From NCBI GenBank assembly GCA_964016885.1, contig OZ024741.1, positions 275,528,001-275,592,000 of the forward strand: a stretch of 64,000 nucleotides of DNA. The letters are read 5' to 3'. The notes under the pieces are model-generated. The model had not been told where the DNA came from and made no database searches. It saw only the letters and a list, made by a program, of their open reading frames with translations. Shown here in pieces: positions 1-15,000 of the stretch (its first letter is position 1; each line of letters begins with the position of its first letter). The stretch is from Eledone cirrhosa (Eukaryota). Made by a program: the position numbers and the translations under genes.

Positions 1-3000
1 TGTTGGTAGTGACGGCAGTGGTGGTGTTGGTAGTGATGACAGTGGTGGTGTTGGTAGTGATGACAGTGGTGGTGTTGGTAGTGATGACAGTGGTGGTGTT
101 GGTAGTGACGGCAGTGGTGGTGTTGGTAGTGATGACAGTGGTGGTGCTGGTAGTGATGACAGTGGTGGTGTTGGTAGTGATGACAGTGGTGGTGTTGGTA
201 GTGACGGCAGTGGTGGTGTTGGTAGTGATGACAGTGGTGGTGTTGGTAGTGACGGCAGTGGTGGTGTTGGTAGTGATGACAGTGGTGGTGTTGGTAGTGA
301 TGGCAGTGGTGGTGTTGGTAGTGATGACAGTGGTGGTGTTGGTAGTGATGACAGTGGTGGTGTTGGTAGTGATGACAGTGGTGGTGTTGGTAGTGATGAC
401 AGTGGTGTTGTTGGTAGTGATGACAGTGGTGGTGTTGGTAGTGATGACAGTGGTGGTGTTGGTAGTGATGGCAGTGGTGGTGTTGGTAGTGATGGCAGTG
501 GTGGTGTTGGTAGTAATGACAGTGGTGGTGTTGGTAGTGATGACAGTGGTGGTGTTGGTAGTGATGACAGTGGTGGTGTTGGTAGTGATGGCAGTGGTGG
601 TGTTGGTAGTGATGGCAGTGGTGGTGTTGGTAGTGATGGCAGTGGTGGTGTTGGTAGTGATGACAGTGGTGGTGTTGGTAGTGATGACAGTGGTGGTGTT
701 GGTAGTGATGACAGTGGTGGTGTTGGTAGTGATGGCAGTGTGGTGTTGGTAGTGATGACAGTGGTGGTGTTGGTAGTGATGGCAGTGGTGGTGTTGGTAG
801 TGATGGCAGTGGTGGTGTTGGTAGTGATGGCAGTGGTGGTGTTGGTAGTGATGACAGTGGTGGTGTTGGTAGTGATGACAGTGGTGGTGTTGGTAGTGAT
901 GACAGTGGTGGTGTTGGTAGTGATGACAGTGGTGGTGTTGGTAGTGATGACAGTGGTGGTGTTGGTAGTGATGACAGTGGTGGTGTTGGTAGTGATGGCA
1001 GTGATGGTGTTGGTAGTGATGGCAGTGGTGGTGTTGGTAGTGGTGGTGTTGGTAGTGATGACAGTGATGGTGTTGGTAGTGATGGTAGTGGTGGTGTTGG
1101 TAGTGATGACAGTGATGGTGTTGGTAGTGATGGCAGTGGTGGTGTTGGTAGTGATGACAGTGGTAGTGATGGTGTTGGTAGTGATGACAGTGGTGGTGTT
1201 GGTAGTGATGACAGTGGTTGTGTTGGTAGTGGTGGTGTTGGTAGTGATGACAGTGGTGGTGTTGGTAGTGATGGCAGTGGTGGTGTTGGTAGTGATGACA
1301 GTGGTGGTGTTGGTAGTGATGACAGTGGTGGTGTTGGTAGTGATGGCAGTGGTGGTGTTGGTAGTGATGACAGTGGTGGTGTTGGTAGTGATGACAGTGG
1401 TGGTGTTGGTAGTGATGGTGTTGGTAGTGATGACAGTGGTGGTGTTAGTAGTGATGGTGTTGGTAGTGATGACAGTGGTGGTGTTGGTAGTGATGACAGT
1501 GGTGGTGTTGGTAGTGATGGCAGTGGTGGTGTTGGTAGTGATGACAGTGGTGGTGTTGGTAGTGATGACAGTGGTGGTGTTGGTAGTGATGACAGTGGTG
1601 GTGTTGGTAGTGATGGCAGTGGTGGTGTTGGTAGTGATGACAGTGATGGTGTTGGTAGTGATGGCAGTGGTGGTGTTGGTAGTGATGGCAGTGGTGGTGT
1701 TGGTAGTGATGACAGTGGTGGTGTTGGTAGTGATGACAGTGGTGGTGTTGGTAGTGATGACAGTGGTGGTGTTGGTAGTGGTGACAGTGGTGGTTTTGGT
1801 AGTGATGGCAGTGATAGTGTTGGTAGTGATGACAGTGGTGGTGTTGGTAGTGATGACAGTGGTGGTGTTGGTAGTGGTGACAGTGGTGGTGTTGGTAGTG
1901 ATGGCAGTGATAGTGTTGGTAGTGATGACAGTGGTGGTGTTGGTAGTGATGACAGTGGTGGTGTTGGTAGTGATGACAGTGGTGGTGTTGGTAGTGATGA
2001 CAGTGGTGGTGTTGGTAGTGATGGCAGTGGTGGTGTTGGTAGTGATGACAGTGGTGGTGTTGGTAGTGATGACAGTGGTGGTGTTGGTAGTGGTGACAGT
2101 GGTGGTGTTGGTAGTGGTGACAGTGGTGGTGTTGGTAGTGGTGGTGTTGGTAGTGATGGCAGTGGTGGTGTTGGTAGTGGTGACAGTGGTGGTGTTGGTA
2201 GTGATGGCAGTGGTGGTGTTGGTAGTGGTGGTGTTGGTAGTGATGGCAGTGGTGGTGTTGGTAGTGATGGCAGTGGTGGTGTTGGTAGTGATGGCAGTGG
2301 TGGTGTTGGTAGTGGTGGTGTTGGTAGTGATTGCAGTGGTGGTGTTGGTAGTGGTGGTGTTGGTAGTGATGGTAGTGGTGGTGTTGGTAGTGATGGCAGT
2401 GGTGGTGTTGGTAGTGATGACAGTGGTGGTGTTGGTAGTGATGGCAGTGGTGGTGTTGGTAGTGGTGACAGTGGTGGTGTTGGTAGTGATGACAGTGGTG
2501 GTGTTGGTAGTGATGGCGGTGGTGGTGTTGGTCGTGATGGCAGTGGTGGTGTTGGTAGTGATGACAGTGGTGGTGTTGGTAGTGACGGCAGTGGTGGTGT
2601 TGGTAGTGATGACAGTGGTGGTGTTGGTAGTGATGACAGTGGTGGTGTTGGTAGTGATGACAGTGGTGGTGTTGGTAGTGACGGCAGTGGTGGTGTTGGT
2701 AGTGATGACAGTGGTGGTGCTGGTAGTGATGACAGTGGTGGTGTTGGTAGTGATGACAGTGGTGGTGTTGGTAGTGACGGCAGTGGTGGTGTTGGTAGTG
2801 ATGACAGTGGTGGTGTTGGTAGTGACGGCAGTGGTGGTGTTGGTAGTGATGACAGTGGTGGTGTTGGTAGTGATGGCAGTGGTGGTGTTGGTAGTGATGA
2901 CAGTGGTGGTGTTGGTAGTGATGACAGTGGTGGTGTTGGTAGTGATGACAGTGGTGGTGTTGGTAGTGATGACAGTGGTGTTGTTGGTAGTGATGACAGT

Positions 3001-6000
3001 GGTGGTGTTGGTAGTGATGACAGTGGTGGTGTTGGTAGTGATGGCAGTGGTGGTGTTGGTAGTGATGGCAGTGGTGGTGTTGGTAGTAATGACAGTGGTG
3101 GTGTTGGTAGTGATGACAGTGGTGGTGTTGGTAGTGATGACAGTGGTGGTGTTGGTAGTGATGGCAGTGGTGGTGTTGGTAGTGATGGCAGTGGTGGTGT
3201 TGGTAGTGATGGCAGTGGTGGTGTTGGTAGTGATGACAGTGGTGGTGTTGGTAGTGATGACAGTGGTGGTGTTGGTAGTGATGACAGTGGTGGTGTTGGT
3301 AGTGATGGCAGTGTGGTGTTGGTAGTGATGACAGTGGTGGTGTTGGTAGTGATGGCAGTGGTGGTGTTGGTAGTGATGGCAGTGGTGGTGTTGGTAGTGA
3401 TGGCAGTGGTGGTGTTGGTAGTGATGACAGTGGTGGTGTTGGTAGTGATGACAGTGGTGGTGTTGGTAGTGATGACAGTGGTGGTGTTGGTAGTGATGAC
3501 AGTGGTGGTGTTGGTAGTGATGACAGTGGTGGTGTTGGTAGTGATGACAGTGGTGGTGTTGGTAGTGATGGCAGTGATGGTGTTGGTAGTGATGGCAGTG
3601 GTGGTGTTGGTAGTGGTGGTGTTGGTAGTGATGACAGTGATGGTGTTGGTAGTGATGGTAGTGGTGGTGTTGGTAGTGATGACAGTGATGGTGTTGGTAG
3701 TGATGGCAGTGGTGGTGTTGGTAGTGATGACAGTGGTAGTGATGGTGTTGGTAGTGATGACAGTGGTGGTGTTGGTAGTGATGACAGTGGTTGTGTTGGT
3801 AGTGGTGGTGTTGGTAGTGATGACAGTGGTGGTGTTGGTAGTGATGGCAGTGGTGGTGTTGGTAGTGATGACAGTGGTGGTGTTGGTAGTGATGACAGTG
3901 GTGGTGTTGGTAGTGATGGCAGTGGTGGTGTTGGTAGTGATGACAGTGGTGGTGTTGGTAGTGATGACAGTGGTGGTGTTGGTAGTGATGGTGTTGGTAG
4001 TGATGACAGTGGTGGTGTTAGTAGTGATGGTGTTGGTAGTGATGACAGTGGTGGTGTTGGTAGTGATGACAGTGGTGGTGTTGGTAGTGATGGCAGTGGT
4101 GGTGTTGGTAGTGATGACAGTGGTGGTGTTGGTAGTGATGACAGTGGTGGTGTTGGTAGTGATGACAGTGGTGGTGTTGGTAGTGATGGCAGTGGTGGTG
4201 TTGGTAGTGATGACAGTGATGGTGTTGGTAGTGATGGCAGTGGTGGTGTTGGTAGTGATGGCAGTGGTGGTGTTGGTAGTGATGACAGTGGTGGTGTTGG
4301 TAGTGATGACAGTGGTGGTGTTGGTAGTGATGACAGTGGTGGTGTTGGTAGTGGTGACAGTGGTGGTTTTGGTAGTGATGGCAGTGATAGTGTTGGTAGT
4401 GATGACAGTGGTGGTGTTGGTAGTGATGACAGTGGTGGTGTTGGTAGTGGTGACAGTGGTGGTGTTGGTAGTGATGGCAGTGATAGTGTTGGTAGTGATG
4501 ACAGTGGTGGTGTTGGTAGTGATGACAGTGGTGGTGTTGGTAGTGATGACAGTGGTGGTGTTGGTAGTGATGACAGTGGTGGTGTTGGTAGTGATGATAG
4601 TGGTGGTGTTGGTAGTGATGGCAGTGGTGGTGTTGGTAGTGATGACAGTGGTGGTGTTGGTAGTGATGACAGTGGTGGTGTTGGTAGTGGTGACAGTGGT
4701 GGTGTTGGTAGTGGTGACAGTGGTGGTGTTGGTAGTGATGGCAGTGGTGGTGTTGGTAGTGGTGACAGTGGTGGTGTTGGTAGTGATGGCAGTGGTGGTG
4801 TTGGTAGTGGTGGTGTTGGTAGTGATGGCAGTGGTGGTGTTGGTAGTGATGGCAGTGGTGGTGTTGGTAGTGATGGCAGTGGTGGTGTTGGTAGTGGTGG
4901 TGTTGGTAGTGATTGCAGTGGTGGTGTTGGTAGTGATGGTAGTGGTGGTGTTGGTAGTGATGGCAGTGGTGGTGTTGGTAGTGATGACAGTGGTGGTGTT
5001 GGTAGTGATGGCAGTGGTGGTGTTGGTAGTGGTGACAGTGGTGGTGTTGGTAGTGATGACAGTGGTGGTGTTGGTAGTGATGACAGTGGTGGTGTTGGTA
5101 GTGATGGCGGTGGTGGTGTTGGTCGTGATGGCAGTGGTGGTGTTGGTAGTGATGACAGTGGTGGTGTTGGTAGTGACGGCAGTGGTGGTGTTGGTAGTGA
5201 TGACAGTGGTGGTGTTGGTAGTGATGACAGTGGTGGTGTTGGTAGTGATGACAGTGGTGGTGTTGGTAGTGACGGCAGTGGTGGTGTTGGTAGTGATGGT
5301 GTTGGTAGTGATGACAGTGGTGGTGCTGGTAGTGATGACAGTGGTGGTGTTGGTAGTGATGACAGTGGTGGTGTTGGTAGTGACGGCAGTGGTGGTGTTG
5401 GTAGTGATGACAGTGGTGGTGTTGGTAGTGACGGCAGTGGTGGTGTTGGTAGTGATGACAGTGGTGGTGTTGGTAGTGATGGCAGTGGTGGTGTTGGTAG
5501 TGATGACAGTGGTGGTGTTGGTAGTGATGACAGTGGTGGTGTTGGTAGTGATGACAGTGGTGTTGTTGGTAGTGATGACAGTGGTGGTGTTGGTAGTGAT
5601 GACAGTGGTGGTGTTGGTAGTGATGGCAGTGGTGGTGTTGGTAGTGATGGCAGTGGTGGTGTTGGTAGTGATGACAGTGGTGGTGTTGGTAGTGATGACA
5701 GTGGTGGTGTTGGTAGTGATGGCAGTGGTGGTGTTGGTAGTGATGACAGTGATGGTGTTGGTAGTGATGGCAGTGGTGGTGTTGGTAGTGATGGCAGTGG
5801 TGGTGTTGGTAGTGATGACAGTGGTGGTGTTGGTAGTGATGACAGTGGTGGTGTTGGTAGTGATGACAGTGGTGGTGTTGGTAGTGGTGACAGTGGTGGT
5901 TTTGGTAGTGATGGCAGTGATAGTGTTGGTAGTGATGACAGTGGTGGTGTTGGTAGTGATGACAGTGGTGGTGTTGGTAGTGGTGACAGTGGTGGTGTTG

Positions 6001-9000
6001 GTAGTGATGGCAGTGATAGTGTTGGTAGTGATGACAGTGGTGGTGTTGGTAGTGATGACAGTGGTGGTGTTGGTAGTGATGACAGTGGTGGTGTTGGTAG
6101 TGATGACAGTGGTGGTGTTGGTAGTGATGGCAGTGGTGGTGTTGGTAGTGATGACAGTGGTGGTGTTGGTAGTGATGACAGTGGTGGTGTTGGTAGTGGT
6201 GACAGTGGTGGTGTTGGTAGTGGTGACAGTGGTGGTGTTGGTAGTGGTGGTGTTGGTAGTGATGGCAGTGGTGGTGTTGGTAGTGGTGACAGTGGTGGTG
6301 TTGGTAGTGATGGCAGTGGTGGTGTTGGTAGTGGTGGTGTTGGTAGTGATGGCAGTGGTGGTGTTGGTAGTGATGGCAGTGGTGGTGTTGGTAGTGATGG
6401 CAGTGGTGGTGTTGGTAGTGGTGGTGTTGGTAGTGATTGCAGTGGTGGTGTTGGTAGTGGTGGTGTTGGTAGTGATGGTAGTGGTGGTGTTGGTAGTGAT
6501 GGCAGTGGTGGTGTTGGTAGTGATGACAGTGGTGGTGTTGGTAGTGATGGCAGTGGTGGTGTTGGTAGTGGTGACAGTGGTGGTGTTGGTAGTGATGACA
6601 GTGGTGGTGTTGGTAGTGATGGCGGTGGTGGTGTTGGTCGTGATGGCAGTGGTGGTGTTGGTAGTGATGACAGTGGTGGTGTTGGTAGTGACGGCAGTGG
6701 TGGTGTTGGTAGTGATGACAGTGGTGGTGTTGGTAGTGATGACAAGGGTGGTGTTGGTAGTGATGACAGTGGTGGTGTTGGTAGTGACGGCAGTGGTGGT
6801 GTTGGTAGTGATGACAGTGGTGGTGCTGGTAGTGATGACAGTGGTGGTGTTGGTAGTGATGACAGTGGTGGTGTTGGTAGTGACGGCAGTGGTGGTGTTG
6901 GTAGTGATGACAGTGGTGGTGTTGGTAGTGACGGCAGTGGTGGTGTTGGTAGTGATGACAGTGGTGGTGTTGGTAGTGATGGCAGTGGTGGTGTTGGTAG
7001 TGATGACAGTGGTGGTGTTGGTAGTGATGACAGTGGTGGTGTTGGTAGTGATGACAGTGGTGGTGTTGGTAGTGATGACAGTGGTGTTGTTGGTAGTGAT
7101 GACAGTGGTGGTGTTGGTAGTGATGACAGTGGTGGTGTTGGTAGTGATGGCAGTGGTGGTGTTGGTAGTGATGGCAGTGGTGGTGTTGGTAGTAATGACA
7201 GTGGTGGTGTTGGTAGTGATGACAGTGGTGGTGTTGGTAGTGATGACAGTGGTGGTGTTGGTAGTGATGGCAGTGGTGGTGTTGGTAGTGATGGCAGTGG
7301 TGGTGTTGGTAGTGATGGCAGTGGTGGTGTTGGTAGTGATGATAGTGGTGGTGTTGGTAGTGATGGCAGTGGTGGTGTTGGTAGTGATGACAGTGGTGAT
7401 GTTGGTAGTGATGACAGTGGTGGTGTTGGTAGTGGTGACAGTGGTGGTGTTGGTAGTGGTGACAGTGGTGGTGTTGGTAGTGGTGGTGTTGGTAGTGATG
7501 GCAGTGGTGGTGTTGGTAGTGGTGACAGTGGTGGTGTTGGTAGTGATGGCAGTGGTGGTGTTGGTAGTGGTGGTGTTGGTAGTGATGGCAGTGGTGGTGT
7601 TGGTAGTGATGGCAGTGGTGGTGTTGGTAGTGATGGCAGTGGTGGTGTTGGTAGTGGTGGTGTTGGTAGTGATTGCAGTGGTGGTGTTGGTAGTGGTGGT
7701 GTTGGTAGTGATGGTAGTGGTGGTGTTGGTAGTGATGGCAGTGGTGGTGTTGGTAGTGATGACAGTGGTGGTGTTGGTAGTGATGGCAGTGGTGGTGTTG
7801 GTAGTGGTGACAGTGGTGGTGTTGGTAGTGATGACAGTGGTGGTGTTGGTAGTGATGGCGGTGGTGGTGTTGGTCGTGATGGCAGTGGTGGTGTTGGTAG
7901 TGATGACAGTGGTGGTGTTGGTAGTGACGGCAGTGGTGGTGTTGGTAGTGATGACAGTGGTGGTGTTGGTAGTGATGACAGTGGTGGTGTTGGTAGTGAT
8001 GACAGTGGTGGTGTTGGTAGTGACGGCAGTGGTGGTGTTGGTAGTGATGGTGTTGGTAGTGATGACAGTGGTGGTGCTGGTAGTGATGACAGTGGTGGTG
8101 TTGGTAGTGATGACAGTGGTGGTGTTGGTAGTGACGGCAGTGGTGGTGTTGGTAGTGATGACAGTGGTGGTGTTGGTAGTGATGGCAGTGGTGGTGTTGG
8201 TAGTGATGACAGTGGTGGTGTTGGTAGTGATGACAGTGGTGGTGTTGGTAGTGATGACAGTGGTGTTGTTGGTAGTGATGACAGTGGTGGTGTTGGTAGT
8301 GATGACTGGTGGTGTTGGTAGTGATGGCAGTGGTGGTGTTGGTAGTGATGGCAGTGGTGGTGTTGGTAGTGATGACAGTGGTGGTGTTGGTAGTGATGAC
8401 AGTGGTGGTGTTGGTAGTGATGACAGTGGTGGTGTTGGTAGTGATGGCAGTGGTGGTGTTGGTAGTGATGGCAGTGGTGGTGTTGGTAGTGATGGCAGTG
8501 GTGGTGTTGGTAGTGATGACAGTGGTGGTGTTGGTAGTGATGACAGTGGTGGTGTTGGTAGTGATGACAGTGGTGGTGTTGGTAGTGATGGCAGTGGTGG
8601 TGTTGGTAGTGATGACAGTGGTGGTGTTGGTAGTGATGGCAGTGGTGGTGTTGGTAGTGATGGCAGTGGTGGTGTTGGTAGTGATGGCAGTGGTGGTGTT
8701 GGTAGTGATGACAGTGGTGGTGTTGGTAGTGATGACAGTGGTGGTGTTGGTAGTGATGACAGTGGTGGTGTTGGTAGTGATGACAGTGGTGGTGTTGGTA
8801 GTGATGACAGTGGTGGTGTTGGTAGTGATGGCAGTGGTGGTGTTGGTAGTGATGACAGTGGTGGTGTTGGTAGTGATGGCAGTGGTGGTGTTGGTAGTGA
8901 TGACAGTGGTGGTGTTGGTAGTGATGACAGTGGTGGTGTTGGTAGTGATGGCAGTGGTGGTGTTGGTAGTGATGACAGTGGTGGTGTTGGTAGTGATGGC

Positions 9001-12000
9001 AGTGGTGGTGTTGGTAGTGATGGCAGTGGTGGTGTTGGTAGTGATGGCAGTGGTGGTGTTGGTAGTGATGGCAGTGGTGGTGTTGGTAGTGATGACAGTG
9101 GTGGTGTTGGTAGTGACGGCAGTGTGGTGTTGGTAGTGATGACAGTGGTGGTGTTGGTAGTGATGACAGTGGTGGTGTTGGTAGTGGTGGTGGTGTTGGT
9201 AGTGATGACAGTGGTGGTGTTGGTAGTGATGACAGTGGTGGTGTTGGTAGTGATGACAGTGGTGGTGTTGGTAGTGGTGACAGTGGTGGTGTTGGTAGTG
9301 ACGGCAGTGGTGGTGTTGGTAGTGATGACAGTGGTGGTGTTGGTAGTGATGACAGTGGTGGTGTTGGTAGTGATGACAGTGGTGGTGTTGGTAGTGATGA
9401 CAGTGGTGGTGTTGGTAGTGATGGCAGTGGTGGTGTTGGTAGTGATGACAGTGGTGGTGTTGGTAGTGATGACAGTGGTGGTGTTGGTAGTGATGGTAGT
9501 GGTGGTGTTGGTTGTGATGACAGTGGTGGTGTTGGTAGTGATGACAGTGGTGGTGTTGGTAGTGATGACAGTGGTGGTGTTGGTAGTGATGGCAGTGGTG
9601 GTGTTGGTAGTGATGACAGTGGTGGTGTTGGTAGTGATGACAGTGGTGGTGTTGGTAGTGATGGTAGTGGTGGTGTTGGTTGTGATGACAGTGGTGGTGT
9701 TGGTAGTGATGACAGTGGTGGTGTTGGTAGTGATGACAGTGGTGGTGTTGGTAGTGATGACAGTGGTGGTGTTGGTAGTGATGACAGTGGTGGTGTTGGT
9801 AGTGACGGCAGTGGTGGTGTTGGTAGTGATGACAGTGGTGGTGTTGGTAGTGATGACAGTGGTGGTGTTGGTAGTGACGGCAGTGGTGGTGTTGGTAGTG
9901 ATGGTAGTGGTGGTGTTGGTAGTGATGACAGTGGTGGTGTTGGTAGTGATGACAGTGGTGGTGTTGGTAGTGACGGCAGTGGTGGTGTTGGTAGTGATGA
10001 CAGTGGTGGTGTTGGTAGTGACGGCAGTGGTGGTGTTGGTAGTGATGGTAGTGGTGGTGTTGGTAGTGATGACAGTGGTGGTGTTGGTAGTGATGACAGT
10101 GGTGGTGTTGGTAGTGACGGCAGTGGTGGTGTTGGTAGTGATGACAGTGGTGGTGTTGGTAGTGATGACAGTGGTGGTGTTGGTAGTGACGGCAGTGGTG
10201 GTGTTGGTAGTGATGGTAGTGGTGGTGTTGGTAGTGATGACAGTGGTGGTGTTGGTAGTGATGACAGTGGTGGTGTTGGTAGTGATGACAGTGGTGGTGT
10301 TGGTAGTGGTGGCAGTGGTGGTGTTGGTAGTGATGGCAGTGACGGTGTTGGTAGTGATGGCAGTGGTGGTGTTGGTAGTGATGACAGTGGTGGTGTTGGT
10401 AGTGACGGCAGTGGTGATGTTGGTAGTGATGACAGTGGTGGTGTTGGTAGTGATGGCAGTGGTGGTGTTGGTAGTGGTTACAGTGGTGGTGTTGGTAGTG
10501 ACGGCAGTGGTGGTGTTGGTAGTGATTACAGTGGTGGTGTTGGTAGTGATGACAGTGGTGGTGTTGGTAGTGATGACAGTGGTGGTGTTGGTAGTGGTGA
10601 CAGTGATGGTGTTGGTAGTGATGACAGTGGTGGTGTTGGTAGTGATGGTAGTGGTGGTGTTGGTAGTGATGACAGTGGTGGTGTTGGTAGTGATGACAGT
10701 GGTGGTGTTGGTAGTGATGACAGTGGTGGTGTTGGTAGTGATGACAGTGGTGGTGTTGGTAGTGGTGGCAGTGGTGGTGTTGGTAGTGATGGCAGTGACG
10801 GTCTTGGTAGTGATGGCAGTGGTGGTGTTGGTAGTGATGACAGTGGTGGTGTTGGTAGTGACGGCAGTGGTGGTGTTGGTAGTGATGACGGTGGTGGTGT
10901 TGGTAGTGATGGCAGTGGTGGTGTTGGTAGTGGTGACAGTGGTGGTGTTGGTAGTGACGGCAGTGGTGGTGTTGGTAGTGATGACAGTGGTGGTGTTGGT
11001 AGTGATGACAGTGGTGGTGTTGGTAGTGATGACAGTGGTGGTGTTGGTAGTGGTGACAGTGATGGTGTTGGTAGTGATGACAGTGGTGGTGTTGGTAGTG
11101 ATGGTAGTGGAGGTGTTGGTAGTGATGACAGTGGTGGTATTGGTAGTGACGGCAGTGGTGGTGTTGGTAGTGGTGACAGTGATGGTGTTGGTAGTGATGA
11201 CAGTGGTGGTGTTGGTAGTGACGGCAGTGGTGGTGTTGGTAGTGATGACAGTGGTGGTGTTGTTAGTGATGGCAGTGGTGGTGTTGGTAGTGGTGACAGT
11301 GGTGGTGTTGGTAGTGACGGCAGTGGTGGTGTTGGTAGTGATGACAGTGGTGGTGTTGGTAGTGATGACAGTGGTGGTGTTGGTAGTGATGACAGTGGTG
11401 GTGTTGGTAGTGATGACAGTGGTGGTGTTGGTAGTGATGACAGTGATGGTGTTGGTAGTGATGGTGGTGTTGGTAGTGCTGACAGTGGTGGTGTTGGTAG
11501 TGATGACAGTGGTGGTGTTGGTAGTGATGACAGTGGTGGTGTTGGTAGTGGTGACAGTGATGGTGTTGGTAGTGATGACAGTGATGGTGTTGGTAGTGAT
11601 GACAGTGGTGGTGTTGGTAGTGATGGTAGTGGTGGTGTTGGTAGTGATGACAGTGGTGGTGTTGGTAGTGATGGTAGTGGTGGTGTTGGTAGTGATGACA
11701 GTGGTGGTGTTGGTAGTGACGGCAGTGGTGGTGTTGGTAGTGATGACAGTGGTGGTGTTGGTAGTGACGGCAGTGGTGGTGTTGGTAGTGATGACAGTGG
11801 TGGTGTTGGTAGTGACGGCAGTGGTGGTGTTGGTAGTGATGACAGTGGTGGTGTTGGTAGTGACGGCAGTGGTGGTGTTGGTAGTGATGACAGTGGTGGT
11901 GTTGGTAGTGATGACAGTGATGGTGTTGGTAGTGATGACAGTGGTGGTGTTGGTAGTGATGATAGTGGTGGTGTTGGTAGTGATGACAGTGGTGGTGTTG

Positions 12001-15000
12001 GTAGTGATGGCAGTGGTGGTGTTGGTAGTGATGACAGTGGTGGTGTTGGTAGTGATGACAGTGGTGGTGTTGGTGGTGGTGTTGGTAGTGATGACAGTGG
12101 TGGTGTTGGTAGTGATGACAGTGGTGGTGTTGGTAGTGATGACAGTGGTGGTGTTGGTAGTGATGACAGTGGTGGTGTTGGTAGTTATGGCAGTGTGGTG
12201 TTGGTAGTGATGACAGTGGTGGTGTTGGTAGTGATGGCAGTGGTGGTGTTGGTAGTGATGGCAGTGGTGGTGTTGGTAGTGATGGCAGTGGTGGTGTTGG
12301 TAGTGATGACAGTGGTGGTGTTGGTAGTGATGACAGTGGTGGTGTTGGTAGTGATGACAGTGGTGGTGTTGGTAGTGATGACAGTGGTGGTGTTGGTAGT
12401 GATGACAGTGGTGGTGTTGGTAGTGATGACAGTGGTGGTGTTGGTAGTGATGGCAGTGATGGTGTTGGTAGTGATGGCAGTGGTGGTGTTGGTAGTGGTG
12501 GTGTTGGTAGTGATGACAGTGATGGTGTTGGTAGTGATGGTAGTGGTGGTGTTGGTAGTGATGACAGTGATGGTGTTGGTAGTGATGGCAGTGGTGGTGT
12601 TGGTAGTGATGACAGTGGTAGTGATGGTGTTGGTAGTGATGACAGTGGTGGTGTTGGTAGTGATGACAGTGGTTGTGTTGGTAGTGGTGGTGTTGGTAGT
12701 GATGACAGTGGTGGTGTTGGTAGTGATGGCAGTGGTGGTGTTGGTAGTGATGACAGTGGTGGTGTTGGTAGTGATGACAGTGGTGGTGTTGGTAGTGATG
12801 GCAGTGGTGGTGTTGGTAGTGATGACAGTGGTGGTGTTGGTAGTGATGACAGTGGTGGTGTTGGTAGTGATGGTGTTGGTAGTGATGACAGTGGTGGTGT
12901 TAGTAGTGATGGTGTTGGTAGTGATGACAGTGGTGGTGTTGGTAGTGATGACAGTGGTGGTGTTGGTAGTGATGGCAGTGGTGGTGTTGGTAGTGATGAC
13001 AGTGGTGGTGTTGGTAGTGATGACAGTGGTGGTGTTGGTAGTGATGACAGTGGTGGTGTTGGTAGTGATGGCAGTGGTGGTGTTGGTAGTGATGACAGTG
13101 ATGGTGTTGGTAGTGATGGCAGTGGTGGTGTTGGTAGTGATGGCAGTGGTGGTGTTGGTAGTGATGACAGTGGTGGTGTTGGTAGTGATGACAGTGGTGG
13201 TGTTGGTAGTGATGACAGTGGTGGTGTTGGTAGTGGTGACAGTGGTGGTTTTGGTAGTGATGGCAGTGATAGTGTTGGTAGTGATGACAGTGGTGGTGTT
13301 GGTAGTGATGACAGTGGTGGTGTTGGTAGTGGTGACAGTGGTGGTGTTGGTAGTGATGGCAGTGATAGTGTTGGTAGTGATGACAGTGGTGGTGTTGGTA
13401 GTGATGACAGTGGTGGTGTTGGTAGTGATGACAGTGGTGGTGTTGGTAGTGATGATAGTGGTGGTGTTGGTAGTGATGGCAGTGGTGGTGTTGGTAGTGA
13501 TGACAGTGGTGGTGTTGGTAGTGATGACAGTGGTGGTGTTGGTAGTGGTGACAGTGGTGGTGTTGGTAGTGGTGACAGTGGTGGTGTTGGTAGTGGTGGT
13601 GTTGGTAGTGATGGCAGTGGTGGTGTTGGTAGTGGTGACAGTGGTGGTGTTGGTAGTGATGGCAGTGGTGGTGTTGGTAGTGGTGGTGTTGGTAGTGATG
13701 GCAGTGGTGGTGTTGGTAGTGATGGCAGTGGTGGTGTTGGTAGTGATGGCAGTGGTGGTGTTGGTAGTGGTGGTGTTGGTAGTGATTGCAGTGGTGGTGT
13801 TGGTAGTGGTGGTGTTGGTAGTGATGGTAGTGGTGGTGTTGGTAGTGATGGCAGTGGTGGTGTTGGTAGTGATGACAGTGGTGGTGTTGGTAGTGATGGC
13901 AGTGGTGGTGTTGGTAGTGGTGACAGTGGTGGTGTTGGTAGTGATGACAGTGGTGGTGTTGGTAGTGATGGCGGTGGTGGTGTTGGTCGTGATGGCAGTG
14001 GTGGTGTTGGTTGTGATGACAGTGGTGGTGTTGGTAGTGACGGCAGTGGTGGTGTTGGTAGTGATGACAGTGGTGGTGTTGGTAGTGATGACAGTGGTGG
14101 TGTTGGTAGTGATGACAGTGGTGGTGTTGGTAGTGACGGCAGTCGTGGTGTTGGTAGTGATGGTGTTGGTAGTGATGACAGTGGTGGTGCTGGTAGTGAT
14201 GACAGTGGTGGTGTTGGTAGTGATGACAGTGGTGGTGTTGGTAGTGACGGCAGTGGTGGTGTTGGTAGTGATGACAGTGGTGGTGTTGGTAGTGACGGCA
14301 GTGGTGGTGTTGGTAGTGACGGCAGTGGTGGTGTTGGTAGTGATGACAGTGGTGGTGTTGGTAGTGATGGCAGTGGTGGTGTTGGTAGTGATGACAGTGG
14401 TGGTGTTGGTAGTGATGACAGTGGTGGTGTTGGTAGTGATGACAGTGGTGTTGTTGGTAGTGATGACAGTGGTGGTGTTGGTAGTGATGACAGTGGTGGT
14501 GTTGGTAGTGATGGCAGTGGTGGTGTTGGTAGTGATGGCAGTGGTGGTGTTGGTAGTGATGACAGTGGTGGTGTTGGTAGTGATGACAGTGGTGGTGTTG
14601 GTAGTGATGACAGTGGTGGTGTTGGTAGTGATGGCAGTGGTGGTGTTGGTAGTGATGGCAGTGGTGGTGTTGGTAGTGATGGCAGTGGTGGTGTTGGTAG
14701 TGATGGCAGTGGTGGTGTTGGTAGTGATGACAGTGGTGGTGTTGGTAGTGATGACAGTGGTGGTGTTGGTAGTGATGACAGTGGTGGTGTTGGTAGTGAT
14801 GGCAGTGGTGGTGTTGGTAGTGATGACAGTGGTGGTGTTGGTAGTGATGGCAGTGGTGGTGTTGGTAGTGATGGCAGTGGTGGTGTTGGTAGTGATGGCA
14901 GTGGTGGTGTTGGTAGTGATGACAGTGGTGGTGTTGGTAGTGATGACAGTGGTGGTGTTGGTAGTGATGACAGTGGTGGTGTTGGTAGTGATGACAGTGG